A stretch of DNA of 58,765 bases, counting the filler, from Jimgerdemannia flammicorona (Eukaryota), in NCBI GenBank assembly GCA_003990765.1. It is 2 parts of 2 records of this genome, joined end to end, with 100 filler letters (N's around TTAATTAATTAA, not from the genome) between each part and the next. Parts side by side here need not be neighbours in the genome. Positions count along the whole stretch, not along the records: positions 1 to 29,333 come from RBNJ01000504.1; positions 29,434 to 58,765 come from RBNJ01000505.1. The stretch is one strand, 5' to 3'. This document shows, piece after piece, positions 25,665 through 39,657 of this stretch (within the stretch, counting starts at the first letter, position 1; each line of letters starts with the position of its first letter). A program made the position numbers and the translations under genes. A model generated the notes under the pieces. The model did no database searches and was not told where the DNA came from. It saw only the letters and a list, made by a program, of their open reading frames with translations.

Positions 25665-26035
25665 TAGTGCTCCCAATGAATCAAATCGAATTGAATTTGG
25701 CCCAAACTCAATTCGATTTGATTGAATCAAGGGTCCAATTCGATTCGATTCGAATCAAATCAAAGGTCCAATTCAATTTGAAGTTTGATTCAAATCTTAA
25801 TTTTCAAAATGTAATAACTCGACGAAAACGCATCCAAATTTAACGTATTTTAGCTTGTTAGATTCACCGTATTAATGGGATTCTAACAAGATAAAGTACG
25901 TTATATTTGGATGAGTTTACGCTAAGTTATTGCATTTTGAAAATTAGGGTTCAAATTAGACCCTCAATTTGATTCAACTCGTTTAACCCTCAATTTGATT
26001 TGATTCGAATTGATTTGACTCATTTGGGAGCACTA
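25665..26035. mobile_element. Non-autonomous hAT-type MITE (371 bp), fold-back
   Basis: TIRs TAGTGCTCCCAA...TTGGGAGCACTA; exact 8-bp TSD GCTCCAGC (25657-25664 and 26036-26043); absent from the same site in family A copy 1. Confidence 0.95.
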
Positions 26036-29000
26036 GCTCCAGCATAACCTACCATGAGCAAGGAAGAACAATTCTACAAGAAAATTAAAGACAGATATGT
26101 ACTTAGTGGCCAATGTCCCCATGGTATTGGAATGTACTCTTCCCAAATGATTGATGATTACTTCTCTTGTGTCAATGAACTGGCTCAAAGAAGAACCAAC
26201 AGAAGGAAAGCCCCTATAACTGAAATCACTACCATTGGATCAGACAAACTGCTTACACTTAAAGCTTTTGTCAACTGAGTACCTGTTAAGATTATAATAG
26301 ACAGTGGTGCCTCAGGCAACTTCATCAATAAAGAAACAACCAACAGACTCAAGGTCTTCACCTCTCCAGTACAACAAACTTAAGCAGTTGCCACAGCTAA
26401 TGGAACCTCACATGTCATTAGCAAGGAAGTCCACAATCTGCCCTTCCAAATTGGTGACTACTGAGTATATGTTATCCTCCAAATTGTACCACTTCCTAAC
26501 TATGAGATCATTCTTGGAACCCTATGATTAAAACAAGAGAACCCCATGATCAATTGGGTAAACCATTCTCTGACCATCAAGAAAGGACACCATAACTTCA
26601 AACTGTAAGGTGAAAAGGACTCACTCAACTCTAGTGACCCTAGACCAAAGATCACCCACATCAATAAGCTACAACTCAAGAAATTGGCCAAGAAATGTCC
26701 TCTCTTTGCCATCTCCATCTGCTCATCCAAAGGAGAACCTGAGAACTCTGAAGAAGACTTTTCCAAAATTGACAGCCATGTTAGACCACTACTCCAGAAA
26801 TTCTGAGACATATTCCCAAAGAAGCTCCTGAAAGGCCTACCTCTCAAACAAGTAGTAGACTATACCATCAAGACTATTCCAGATATGAAGTCAGCCTTCA
26901 AGTCAATCTACTATATGTCTCTGAGAGAAATCAATATACTCAAGAAAGAAATTGATGAACTTCTAGAACAAGGATTTATCAGACCCAGTGTATCACCCTA
27001 TGGTGCACCAGTCCTCTTTATTGTAAAGAAAGAAGAAGACCTGAGAATGTGCATTGATTACTGTGATCTCAATGAATAGACCATCAAGAACTGTTACCCA
27101 CTACCCAGAATCGATGAAATATCCAATAGACTCACCAACCCACAATTCATGAGCTCTTTCGATCTATGAAATGGTTATTGGTAAATTGCCATGAAAGAAG
27201 AAGACATCTACAAGACAGCTTTCTGAACTCACTATGGATACTTCAAGTTTCTGGTTATGCCTTTTGGCTTAACTAATGCTCCAGCAATCTTCCAGATACT
27301 GATGAATACTATTCTGTATCTATACCTAGACAAATTCATTGTTGTCTATATTGACAACATCCTAGTCTTCAGTAAAACCCTAGAGGAACATCTTAAACAC
27401 CTTGAACTAGTACTACTGAAACTCCGAGAAAACTGACTCTTTGCAAAACTCAGCAAGTGCAAATTTCTCCTAAAAGAAATTCAATTCCTTGGACATATTG
27501 TCATGCCAAATAAAATTAAAGTGGACTCCAGCAAAATCTCTGCAATCAAAGATTGGCCCAGACTCAAGAAGCTGAAAGATCTCCAGTCATTCCTGGGATT
27601 AGCAAACTATTACAGGTGATTTGTTGTCAATTTTGCTAAAATCACCACCACTCTCACCCAAATAACCAAGTATAGCAAGAAAGAAGAACAGCCCTGGACC
27701 ACAAAACAAGAGAAAGACTTCAACAATCTTGTAAATTGGGGACCTGAACAAGATATAGCCTTTCAAGCATTGAAAGATATCTTGATAATCACTCCAGTAC
27801 TTCAGGCAGCCAATCCTGCCCTACCATATGAAGTCACTACTGATACCTCTGACCTAGCCCTTGGAGCAGTACTCATGCAAGAAGGACACCCTGTGGCCTA
27901 TCACTTCTGTAAGTTCAATGATGCTGAAATCAACTATGCAACCCACAAAAAGGAAATGCTAGCCATTGTAGATACTCTGATCAAATGGTGACCATACCTA
28001 GAAGGAGCACACTTCACTGTATTGACTGACCACAAGTTATTAGTCAATATCAAGACACAGGCTACCCTTTCTCAAAAGCAAGCCAGATAGATGAAAGTCC
28101 TTACCAACTTTGACTATGAAATCCAGTACCACCCAGGCAAGGAAAACATTGTTGCCAATGCAATCTCCAGACCACCCATTGAAGAAGTTATCCAAACTCT
28201 CACCTTGGTTATCAATACTATCATAGAACAAATTATCACAACATGTACTAATGATAAGGAAGCTCAAACACTCTGAGAAATTCTGAACAGTGATGATGCT
28301 AACAAGTATACCTGGTACAATCAATACCAACTCAAGGATAATGCTATCTACTACAAGGATAGATTATATGTTTCAAACAATTGAGACCTCTGAAGGACTA
28401 TCCTATTTGAATGTCATGATGCCCCTATAGCTGGACATTTAGGATTTGATAAATGTTATAAAGTTATTTCCCAAAACTTCTATTGGCCCCATATGGCAGA
28501 TCAGCTCAAGACCTACATCACTTCCTGTAATGCCTGCCAATGGAATAAGTCCTCAATACTAGCAAAACCTGGCTTACTCCACCCTATTCCAGTACCATCT
28601 GCTAATTGGGAATAAATCTCTATGGACTTCATTGTATAACTACTCTGAACCAAGAACAGAAAAGATGCAATTGTTGTCTTCATGGACTATCTCAGCAAAC
28701 AAGCTCACTTTGTACCAACCACCACTACTGCAACAGCACCAGACATAGCCACACTCTTGTTTGATAATATCTTCCACTATCATGGTCTTCCTAAGATCAT
28801 TATTAGTGATTGAGACCCAAAGTTCACCAGCTATTTTTGGAAAGCCCTCCATACATATCTTGGAATAAAACTTGTACTATCTACAGCCTTTCACCCTAAA
28901 ACTGATGGTCAAACTGAAAGAATAAACCGAACTCTGGAACAAATGCTAAGGAACTATGTTTTCTATAGATAAGATGATTGGTATAAATATCTCACCGCAG

Positions 29001-29333
29001 TTGAGTTTGCCTATAACAACAGTAAGCAAGCATCTCTTGGAATGACCCCATTCTTCACCAACACTGGACAAAACCCCAATACCCCTTTGACACTCATCTG
29101 AACTACTGAAGAACCCTCCACAGTTAAAGCTATTGAAGAATTCTTACTCTGAATATATAATCTAAGCCAGATCACAATTGAGAATTTATCACAAGCTTAA
29201 GAATAATAGTTACAGTATGTTAACCAATATCACCAAGAAGAAACCTTTGATATTGGAGAAAAAGTTCTACTAGACATCTGAGGATACTGAGTTGACAACC
29301 TCAAGCACAGACCATCTACATTTTTTTTTTTTT

Positions 29334-29433
29334 NNNNNNNNNNNNNNNNNNNNNNNNNNNNNNNNNNNNNNNNNNNNTTAATTAATTAANNNNNNNNNNN
29401 NNNNNNNNNNNNNNNNNNNNNNNNNNNNNNNNN
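29334..29433. other. Assembly gap with artificial linker
   Basis: 44 N + TTAATTAATTAA (stop codons in all frames) + 44 N. Confidence 0.97.
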
Positions 29434-32400
29434 AACTCAAGTTCTCATGGATTTTTTTTATTAGAAGGGAACCTAGACTATATAGGTCAAGAACCTCTTC
29501 CACCCTCACTTCAAGAACTAATTCTCTATTGTTTTAGACTATCAAATTATCTAGCAATTCTACTACTCTAGCTATATATATATTAAATGAGCTAATTCTC
29601 AGACTTGTCTATTAACCAGAACTAGATTATCATATATATGGATATGTGAGAGTACACCTATATATCAGATCCAGCAGTATAAGAACTAGCTCTTTAATCT
29701 TTAAGCAAAAGCCTGAGATAAAGAAAAAACCCCCCAATTAGCTAATAGATAATAAAGACTAGTATACCAAACTTCTCTTCAAAGAACTTATACAGAGGAT
29801 AAAGAATGACCCCTATCCTTCCTCAAGTCTGTAGGCCTTAATTATGTTACTCTATCAGCTCTCAGTTTTAGTTGAGTACTGTCAGAAAGGAAGACTCCAC
29901 TTTCCAAACTTGTGATCCTTGATTGCATCACTATATTACTATATTAGTTCCAGTTAAATACAACCCCACCCTCTACCAATCAATCAAAAGACTCTACTAA
30001 ATCAGTATCTACCATACCCTGATAGCTATTACTAGTCTGACATCTGACTGGTTGATCATTACTACCCTTTCTCTTATCTGTGATAGCTATCTCCTCTTCC
30101 ACTCAATACTATCCAGAAAGCAGTCACTTATGCCAGAACTATGCTCACTAGAAAGCTTGCCAAGACTCAGAGGGCTCTACTACAGATATTGAAAACCTGT
30201 AGATAATCTATACTAACACTTGATACTCATGATCAGCTAGCTTCCTATATAATATATAATATATCCAAATAACTTCTTATTGATGATAATAAGGAGAGAA
30301 AAGTACTATACTAATATAAGTATATCCCAGACATAGTCAGAGATATCAGAAACTGTAAAAAAGTGAAAAAAACACTGATTCAATATCAAAAGAGAGACAA
30401 CTTATCACTATTGCCTATCTTTCACTACTTTATAATGAGTATAGCAAACCATACTAGGGTGAAAGAGATATTAGTTAGAGAAGAACTATATTACTTATTA
30501 TAATTATAATAAGTCTAATAGAGAGGTAAGTGAATATAGAAGTAGACTAGAGTAACAGAAGAGAGAGGCTACTGATATGGTATGAGGATATATTGAATGT
30601 TTTAGATAGTTATTAAATAAGACTTTAACCTATATAAAAAAAAAAATAGAATAAAAAATAAGTCTAGCAATTAAGTACTAATTTATCTAATCTAGTCTTT
30701 TTCAATTTCTATTAAAGAAAATTGAGTAAGTTATAATAGATTTTATAATATAACTTTTTTAAATTAAGTTTAGTATTAATATTATAGTTGTATTCATCAA
30801 TCACTTAATTATGACTTTAGTTGCTAAATCTACTATAATTAATATTATAGTCTCTAATATTATAAGAATCTTTCTCAAGTCAATCTTCTGTCATTATGAT
30901 CTACTATAGGTTATTAGTAGTAATCAAGATTCTAAAAGAAGAGTGAAGAGAGGATTCAGATTGAAGGAGCTGAGGTAGTATTTAATAGATTAGGAGAAGT
31001 GAGGTGAGTAAGAATTGGAGTAGGGTAGAGAAGGGGTAGATAGAGGCTACAGGTGTAGTATAAGAATATAGAACATATTATAGATAGTTAATAAATAGGG
31101 CTATGGTCTATAGAAAAAAGAAAAAAAAAAAATTAATCAAGATTTCAAATTTATTAATCACTTTTGGCAAGCTCTCTTTAATATTCTTGGAACTCAAATT
31201 ACTATGTATTGTAACATGCCTGGCTCAATGGAGGCAAATTATGAGGTTTGGGATTGATATAGTTTGGCTTGAGCCCCCAGATACTTTGTCAAAAGCAACA
31301 AAATGTTCTAAGATTCCTGAGGTCCTTGTTGGTGTTTAGTGGTATAATAGTCAAAACTGAATATCTGTGAATGATTTCTGTGTTGATTTCCTAATTGGGA
31401 CTGTTCTCTGGGTATAGCAGTGATTTGTATGTCTTTTCCTTCTTGGGTCAACTGGGAATTGGTAGGATTTCATGTATAGTCCAACGATCTCCAAAAGTAT
31501 GCAATTTCTGATATGACGATCTTGTGTAGTGCAATGATCTCCAAAAGTATGCAATTTCTGGCAGATAGCTTGATTTTGTGCAGCTTCTCCAAAAGCGGTG
31601 GGCTTCTTGAATGTCACGAATTCTTCTTACTGGGAATTATACTGGTGGCGGATAACTCATAACTCAGGCTTACTGGGAACAATGAATAACTCAGATGTCA
31701 TGGATAATTCTAATAACTCATGTAATTCGGATAACTTGGATGGTGCGGATTCTTCTGAATCAGGCTCTTCTGGGAATAATAACTCAGTGACATGGATTCT
31801 TCTGAATTGGCAGGCTTCAACTGGGAATACAGCTAACTTGAAAATGGCAGCTTCAACTGGGAATACTACTTGGATGGCATGGATTCTTCCTGAATCGGCT
31901 GGCTCTTCTGGGAATACAATAGCATGGATTCTTCCTAAATCAGTGACTTCAACTGGGAAACATGCTGGCAGCTTCTTGGAAAGGGTCTCTTGGCAAAGTT
32001 ACATCAAAGACTGGCTTCATTTGTATGAACAGATCACTGCAAAGTTGCATTAAGAGACTGGCTTATAGCAAGAATAGGTGGGCTCTCTGGAAATGTGATG
32101 AATAACTTAAAGGGTGGTGAAGTTCTCCTTGAACTTGGTGGCAAACTCGGATTCTTCAGGCTTAGTCTGGCAAGCATACCAATAATTCCAAAGGTGGCAA
32201 AGTTCTTCCTTGAACTTTGGCAGCAAATCTTCAGCTTTGTATCAGAATGTGAACTGGAGTGGGGAAATAAGCTCACAATCTCCTAGTAGTGGCTGTAGAG
32301 TTCCTTGTGAAGTGTGGTAGGCAGACTTGTCTTTTGCTTCAATTTCAGACTGAGGTTTATTCACTCTTATTTCTGGGGTAATTTATACATTATGGTTGCT

Positions 32401-32761
32401 ATCTGGTTGCTATGTGGCTAACTATAGATTTACCACTTCTGGTAATGTTTGAGTGTGTCCTCTGGGTACAGGTGTGTCCACAGGACATGAGTGTGTCTGC
32501 AGGACATAAGTGTGTCTGCAGGACATGAGCATGTCCACCAGATACAGGTGTGTCCTCAGAATACAGATTAACAACCATGATCTGATATCTTGGCCAATTA
32601 TAAGTATGGCAGGCATCAGTAACTATGATACACTGAAAGTCATGTCATACTGGGTAAGTATGCTAATTGTTTGCATCATCTGGCTAAGTTATAATTCAGA
32701 TGGTATGTTTTGGTTTATTACATCAGTCCTGACTGAAGGGTAGTCTGTCTCCAACTATTCT

Positions 32762-33264
32762 TCAGTCATCATCCCAATAGGCAAAAGCAGCTTCTGCATC
32801 TATACCTGTTCCATCATTATCATCTGAACTATGGTCACTCCATTTTAGTGGCTCCTCTTCTTCCTCAGGGAATAGGATCTCAACTTGGTGAATGATGCTG
32901 AGATAGGTTGACAGGGTCATCCTTTGGAGGTCATACAGGAAGAACTGGGCCTGGATTAAGACAGAAGGGTTCTGTTTGTAGATTGTATATAGTCTGTCTG
33001 CAGCAGTAGTATTCCTTCTGTTCAGACCAGTGGTGTTACAGATATAGGCTAGGTCTGGGAGGGGAAGATTCTGCAATTGTTCTCCAATTGCATAGTATGT
33101 CTGCAGCTGATGGACCTAGAGTAGTCTCTTGGCCAGAGTGAGGTTTTCTTGATGAACCTGGATTTTCTGAAGGTATGTTCCCAGAACTGTGACAGGGGAA
33201 CTAGTAGGGCTTGAAGGGAACTGAGGATAAGGGTCTGGAGACAGTTGTCAATTCTCTGGTTCAT
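32762..33264 (-). pseudogene. Family B accessory ORF3 (copy 1, one frameshift)
   Basis: MNQRIDNCLQTLILSSLQAL.../QNLPLPDLAYICNTTGLNRRNTTAADRLYTIYK...AAFAYWDDD*; lies between integrase and PPT. Confidence 0.8.
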
Positions 33265-35829
33265 GGTGTGAGAAAAGGTATATCTTGAGGTGATTGATAT
33301 GTATTGGTGTCCTCAGAGTTCATCCATCCATACTTCTTAAATAGATGCTGGTTCCTCTGATATTGTATACAAGGTAAAGTTCTTCCCATTTGGGCTCCAG
33401 TTTGGCAGCAAAGTTTGTTTCAATTATGCTTCTCTTAACTAGTACTTGATCTCCAATCTTGATCTCCTGATCCTTCTGTTTCTGGTTATAATACTTCTTT
33501 TGTCTTTCTTGGGCTTTGATAATCTGATCTTGGGCTTGATTACATAACTGTTCTGCCTTCTTGAGGAGGTCTCCGAGATTCTCATGGTCAGCAGTTCTGG
33601 TTTTCTTAGCAAATATCATTTCAAATGGCTTTTGTTTGGTGGAGGCAGCAGGGGTGTTCTGAATTTCCCATAGGATCTCAGGTAAGCAGAGGTCCCAATT
33701 GGTACAATTGACTTGGGCAAGTCCTTTCTTGATAGTCTGGTTTGTTCTTTCTGTCATACCATTGGTCTGAGGGTAGTATGATGTAGTCCATTTGAGGTGA
33801 ATCTTGTGAATTCGGGTATAACTTGTGATTATATTATAGATGAATTCTGTGCCTTGGTCAGAGATGAGTTCTTCTAGGGGTCCATATCTGAATATGAGTC
33901 TATGGAGAAGGCCTACAATGGTTAAGGCATCTGTGATTTCTATTGGGAAAGCCTCAGACCACTTAGTCAGATGTTCCACAAGTATAAGGATGTATTTTTT
34001 TCTTCTTGGTATAACTAGTAGAGGTCTGATTACATCTATCTCCATCTCTGAAAGATGTTGTCTGATAGTGTAATTGGTTGTAATAGTGCTTGATAGTTCT
34101 TCCTTCCTTAATACTTCTGGCAGGTGTCACATTTCTTGAGTACATTCTGGACTTGTGTTCTGAGATTGGGCCAATGTTGGTATGTTGTTCACAGCTTCTC
34201 TTCTATATTCACCTGTCCCTGGTGGACTTTCTGATATTCTTTTTGGATGAGATCCTCTTGTGCCTTGATGGTTTGAGGAGCTTCCTTTAGGGTGTAGTTC
34301 TTTGGGACACCCATCTTCTGGTTCATTAGAGTTGGTAGGAAAGTACATCAACATTGTTGTGGGCTTTCCCTGCTTTGTGGATGATGGTGATTTGTAATCC
34401 TGAAGAATAAGGATCTAGCAGACAAGGATTCTGGTGGGTTCCTTATAGTTGAATAGCCATTTGAGGGCTGTATGGTCTGTGATCAGACTGAATCTTTTTC
34501 CAATAAGATAATGCTTAAACAGAGTATATGACTGCAAGGCATTCCAGTTTAGTGCTACCATAGTTTATCTGCTGATAATTGGTAGCTCTGCTTGTATAAG
34601 CTATCATATGGTGTTGTTGATCAGGTCCTTCTTGGGCTAGAACTGCTCTGAGGCCATCTTTAGAAGTATCTGTATACAAGATGAATGGCTTCTGTAGATT
34701 GGGGCACACAAGGATTGGTACTGTAGTCATGCAGTTCTTGAGTTCTTTGAAGGCTTTTTCTTGTGATTCTGTCCATTTGAATGATACTCCTTTCTTGAGA
34801 AGAATTCAGATTGGGGTAGAAATTTGAGTGAAATCCTTAATAAATCTTCTGTAATAGGATATCAGTATCAAGAATGATAATGTTTCCTTTGGGATCTTGG
34901 GTGCTGGCCAATTGTTGATCTTTTCAGTTTTTTTTAGGTCTGCATGGGTTCCTTCTTTCAAAACTATGAATCCAAGAAATTCAAGTTTCTGTTTCCCAAA
35001 GTAGCATTTCTTTGCATTCAATCTCAAGTGGTTCTTATGGGTGAGCTTGAAGAATTCTTCTAGATAATGCAGGTATTCTTCAAAATTTGCTGAATAAATG
35101 TTGGAATTGTCCATGTATACAATCAGGCAGTGGTGGATCAAGGGGACATAGACTGAATTCATCATTCTCTGAAAGGTGGGGGGTGTATTGTAAAGTCCAA
35201 AAGACATTTGAAGGAATTCAAACCATTTTCCTAAAGCAAGGAAGGCTGTCTTTTGAATGTCTTTGGGGTCCATGGAGATCTCATAGAATCCTGCAAAAAG
35301 ATCTATACTGCTGAAGTATCTGACATCCTGTAACTGATCCAAAAGGTCATTGATTCATGGCAAAGGATAGACATCCTTTTTGGTGACTGAATTGAGTTTC
35401 CTGTAATCTATACAAAGTCTCCATCCTCCTTTTCAAATATTTTTAAGTGATGGGGTATTCTATAGGGTTTCTGCTGGATGGGTGTTATATTTCCAGTATT
35501 TATACTATATTGGTATGATGGGTTGTATGGCAAGTTGCCATAATCAGTGGTAAAGATATCTTGATATTTGTTGAGAAGTTCTACTAGTTGTTGCTGTTGT
35601 TGAGGTGTCAGTTCTTCTCTGATATTGGTGGAAGGCTTCACTGTCTCCTAGGTCGCAGAGGGGCCTTTCCTTTCTTCTGGGACCTTTTGCCATTTCCCAA
35701 TAGGTTTAGTTTGTAAACTTCCCTATGAGTTCGGTTGAGAAAAGGTACCAGATGTCCTATGATGGTTCCTTTTGGTAAGATAATGGTCTCCCAACTTTGG
35801 TTGGTTGCTCAGGAGTATACTGGATTGAT

Positions 35830-35861
<32 letters not shown>

Positions 35862-38800
35862 AAAGTCACTGGATTGATTTTGTCAGAGAATGTGGGTCCT
35901 TCTATGTCCAGGTGGGGGATATCTTCCTTGGGTTCAAAGAAAAGGTTTCTGGGATCGAGTGGTGCAAAGATTTTGAAGGTAGTTTGTTCTCCAGGCTCTA
36001 GGATGAGATTCTTGTGCAGTTTGACTGGTTGGTGGTATACCTGCTGGGGGGCATTCCTTTTGAGGTGGTTGACTTGAAGGAGGTGTACTTCCTTCTTGTC
36101 TGAGCTTCCAAAACCTTTGGCTTCAGTCAGTTCAGATACTTCCTATAATTGTGGGGTCCTGACCTTCATGAAGACTGCTTGGGTAATCTTCTATCCTCTA
36201 ATGGTTCAGTGCCATTCTGCACTGCTGTTGTATAGGATAACCTTGATTTCACCTATATATCCTGGGTCATTGGTTCCTCCTTTTATGGTTATTTCTTGTC
36301 TGGCAAGTCCAGACCTTGAGGTCAGTTGTATGTAAGCTCCTTGGGGTGGCTGTATGGCTAATCTAGTTCTGATCATGAAGGTTTTTCCAGGCTTGATAGA
36401 TTCATCCTCTAGACTGTGAAGATCATATCCTATATCCTCTGGGTGGGCTTTGGTCAGGGGTTTAGCCTTGGGATGCAGCAGGGCATACTGGGCAATATCC
36501 TTGCTGAGTTCAGGCTGACCTAAGACTGAAGCTCCACTAGCAGAGAGCCTCTAAGCTCTAAGGTTGAGGTGTGGCCATCTGGCTCCAGTAGAGGGGTCTC
36601 AGAGATAGTTGATTTCTCTTCTTCCTGTAGGGTCTAGGGCCTCCATGAAGTTGGTGGCATCTTTTACCCATCCTTGGCAGAATGCATGTCTGATGAGAAC
36701 TCAGATGTCTTTTTCTAAATCATAGATCTCAAGGGTCCTTTTTCCTGGCTTTTTGATTTGGCTTTTTTGGATCTGGCTTTGGTTATCTCCTCTCTTCAAA
36801 GTATGGATAGTAACATCATGACTGAGATAGATCTTCTGATGCCTGCAGTCTCAGTAATCTGGGTGTCTTCTATGGTTGCAATAACCCATTGCTTGGAAAT
36901 AATGTTCCTGGTTGTTGATCTCTTGTTGTTTAGGGAATCAGTATCCATCTTGGTCATAAGTTGGTAGAAGAGTAGATAAGGAGTATACTTCTGTCTGGGT
37001 GAAGAGGCCTTGTCCTCTGAATCAGCTTTGCAACTTAGTGGTAACTCCTTGGAAGATAGTTGACTGTGTAACTATGTTCAGGGGTTCTGGTCTCTGGGGT
37101 CTCTGTCTCTTCTGTTGGTCTAGTAAATGGCACTGATAGCAGTAGTCTCAGGGAGAGTGGAAGACCATTTGGTGTGGACATCTTTTTAGCCAAAAAGCCT
37201 TTTCTTAATGAGTTTCTTTCTTGGAGATAATGGTGATTATACTGGGTCCTTCTTCTGAATTCCAAGGGTCATTGTCTTCAGGTAGTGTCCAGTGAGGATC
37301 ATCCCATGGAATGAGTTCTGGGACTTCTACCGCTTTGGGTACTTCTTGTTCAGGAACTTCTTGGTCTGGAACTTCTTCTTCCTCAGATGATTCTTGTCTC
37401 CAAATTGCTAACACTTCTGCAGCTTCAGCTGCAGGTGTTTCTGGAGCATGTCTGCATTTCTTCTTCTTCTTTCTACATTCTGGGCAGGCTGTGCCAGGCG
37501 ATTTTCTTGTTCCCATGATCTTGGAGGAATACTCAGGACACTTGTGTCTCTTGAGGCAGGTAGGGTATCCTTTAATTTCTCCTGAAATGGCTCTGATGAT
37601 GATAGGGACAGTGTTCTTGGCCCAAAAATTGTCTTCTGGTCTATCATTCACTAGGTTAATTTGGGGGTTGAGTCTGGGATTATTCCCATCTTCAGATTCT
37701 TCTTCCTCTTCTATAGTAGATTCTTCACTACTGGCATATTCTTCCTGAATAGTGATTTTCTTCTTCTTCTTCAATTGCTCATAGCTGGTCACCTTAATTC
37801 TGTACTTCTTGCCTCAGTAGTCAAACTTGAGTACTTGTTGACTAATATCAACGACTGCATTCATTTCCTTCATCCAGTTGGTATCAAGAATTATGTCATA
37901 GGTGACAGCTTCAGTGACAACAGCTTTGGGGATAGAGAACTGAATGTGTCCCAGAGAAATAGTGATGTTTCATACTTCCCCAAGGGGTTGAGTTTGGGCT
38001 CCATCTGCTACTATGATGCTGAGGTTAGATAGTCCATCAATGGGCCATTAGAGGGTGTTCAGGAACCATTTGGCAATGACACAGACAGCTGCTCCTGTGT
38101 TTATGAGGATTTTTGCCTTTTGTCCTCCAATATCTCTATATAGATAGATGCTGACATGTCTTTCAGCTGCTTTGACAGAGATGGGAGCTGGTTCTTGCTG
38201 TGGGATTGGGACTTGGCCAGTGCTAGACCTGGTTGTTCTCAATAATTTTTTTCAAACTCCAGCTAGTATCAGTTGCAGAAACTGCAGGAGAGAGACTTCT
38301 ATCTTGGCCTCTTGAATCTTCTGCCAGACTTCATTGTAGATGTCTCTAGGCATGGTCTTTGGGGTGAACTTCTTTTTGGGCTTTGAAGCAGCAGGTTTCC
38401 ATTCTTCTTGTTCCATTTCTTTATCTTCTAGTAGTAGCTTGTTTGTCTTGGAGACAAAAGGTGAAGGAGTCCAGGGAGGTGTTTCTACTTCCTCCTGATG
38501 TTCTTTATCTTCTTCTTGGATTATTCTTCTGCTGATATTTCTGGATGGCCTTCCTACAGGTCTCTTCCTTTTCTCTGCTGAGTAGACTGTTTTTTAGGTG
38601 GTAACCTTTATAGGATATAAGTCTAGGTCACTGTAGTCTTCTCTGTTGCTTGCTTCTTCGAAATCTTCAACAGAATGGACTTCAGTCTTCTTGTACTGAG
38701 TGTCATTCCTTCAGTTTGGTGGTTCTGAGTCCCTTCAGTCACTTCTTTTGTTGTCACATTCAGTGGTATAGTGTCAGAATTGTCCACAGTAGAAGAATTG

Positions 38801-39657
38801 GACTTGAGCTCTGTCTTGGACATGTTATCTTCTTTCTTCTTACTGGTAATTCCTGTTATCTCTTGGTGGATAACCTTGGCTCCTCTGTGGTGGGTATCCT
38901 CTGTTGTCTTGGTAACTCCAATTTTTGCATGTAGTGAGTTTTTCAATCTATTGAATCAATTGGTCCAACTTGGAGCTGAGGTCTTGGATTTCACTTCTGT
39001 TCTTCTTTTCTTCCTTGGCTGGCCTTCTTTCTTCAGATCTTTCTTGTCCTTGAAGGAGTTCTTGTAGGGCTTTGACCAGGATATCTTCTTTATCTTCTTT
39101 CTTATCATGATCACTTCAGGTAGTTCTTTGTCTAACATCAAAGAATCCTTGGGCTGTATCTACCTGCTCTTCAGACCTTCTAATACCTAGGGTGTAGACA
39201 TACTGGACAATGTTTGGGAGAATTCCATTTATGAAGATCATTGGACCTATTATGTCCTGGTTGGTGGCATTGAACCTGGCAGCATGTATTCTCTTCTGGT
39301 TTCTTATAAAGAAGGCTCTGGGTGATTCTCCAAGATTCATCTTCATTCCTATAATGGATTCTTGAGCCTTGTAATGGGTTTCATTTCCTATATACTTTTC
39401 AATGAGCCAATGGACCATGCCACATACACTAGCTCATAAGACATCACTGCTTATATCTGTCTTATCAGTTCTGAATCTGGCTCATCTGCTGTTTAGTGGA
39501 AAATTCCTCTGGCTGGTTCTCTGAACTGGGCCTTGTAGATGGTGATTTTTCTTTCATCTGAGAGATTCTTCAGGGCTGCAATTCCTTCAATTCCATCAAG
39601 GAATTCTCTGGGATCTTCCTCCAGGTATTCTGCAAAGGTTGGCAATGAGGTGGCCAT
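33250..39657 (-). pseudogene. Family B copy 1 Gag-PR-dUTPase-RT-RNaseH-IN polyprotein
   Basis: MATSLPTFAEYLEEDPREFLD; PR ILINTGAA; dUTPase ~36100-36490; RT YMDN; RNase H LYTDTSKDGL; IN ELISDQGTEF..YYPQTNGMTER. Confidence 0.9.
35819..35883 (-). mobile_element. Minimal poly(A) retro-insertion with 16-bp TSD
   Basis: ACTGGATTGATTTTGT is duplicated at 35819-35834 and 35868-35883 around a + T26 + aaagtc; family B copy 2 has a single site. Confidence 0.8.

Larger units (their letters stand above)
21174..29320 (+). mobile_element. Family A copy 2: 5' LTR 21174-23214 plus gag-pol up to late integrase; 3' end lost at poly(T)/assembly gap
   Basis: Colinear with copy 1. LTR ends decayed to TATAAG...CTTATA; PBS TGGTAGCA; dUTPase ~25243-25650; PR DSGA ~26301. 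Confidence 0.95.

Noticed and set aside
29378..29389. TTAATTAATTAA as a piggyBac TTAA target cluster
   Set aside because: It is centred in symmetric N runs and is an artificial scaffold linker.
29434..31130. Possible gag, Tc1 or LINE 3' remnants
   Set aside because: Too AT-rich and decayed to assign any motif reliably.
31598..32286. ORFs within family B LTRs
   Set aside because: They arise from internal degenerate repeats, and frames are not conserved across the four LTRs, unlike the family A LTR ORF.
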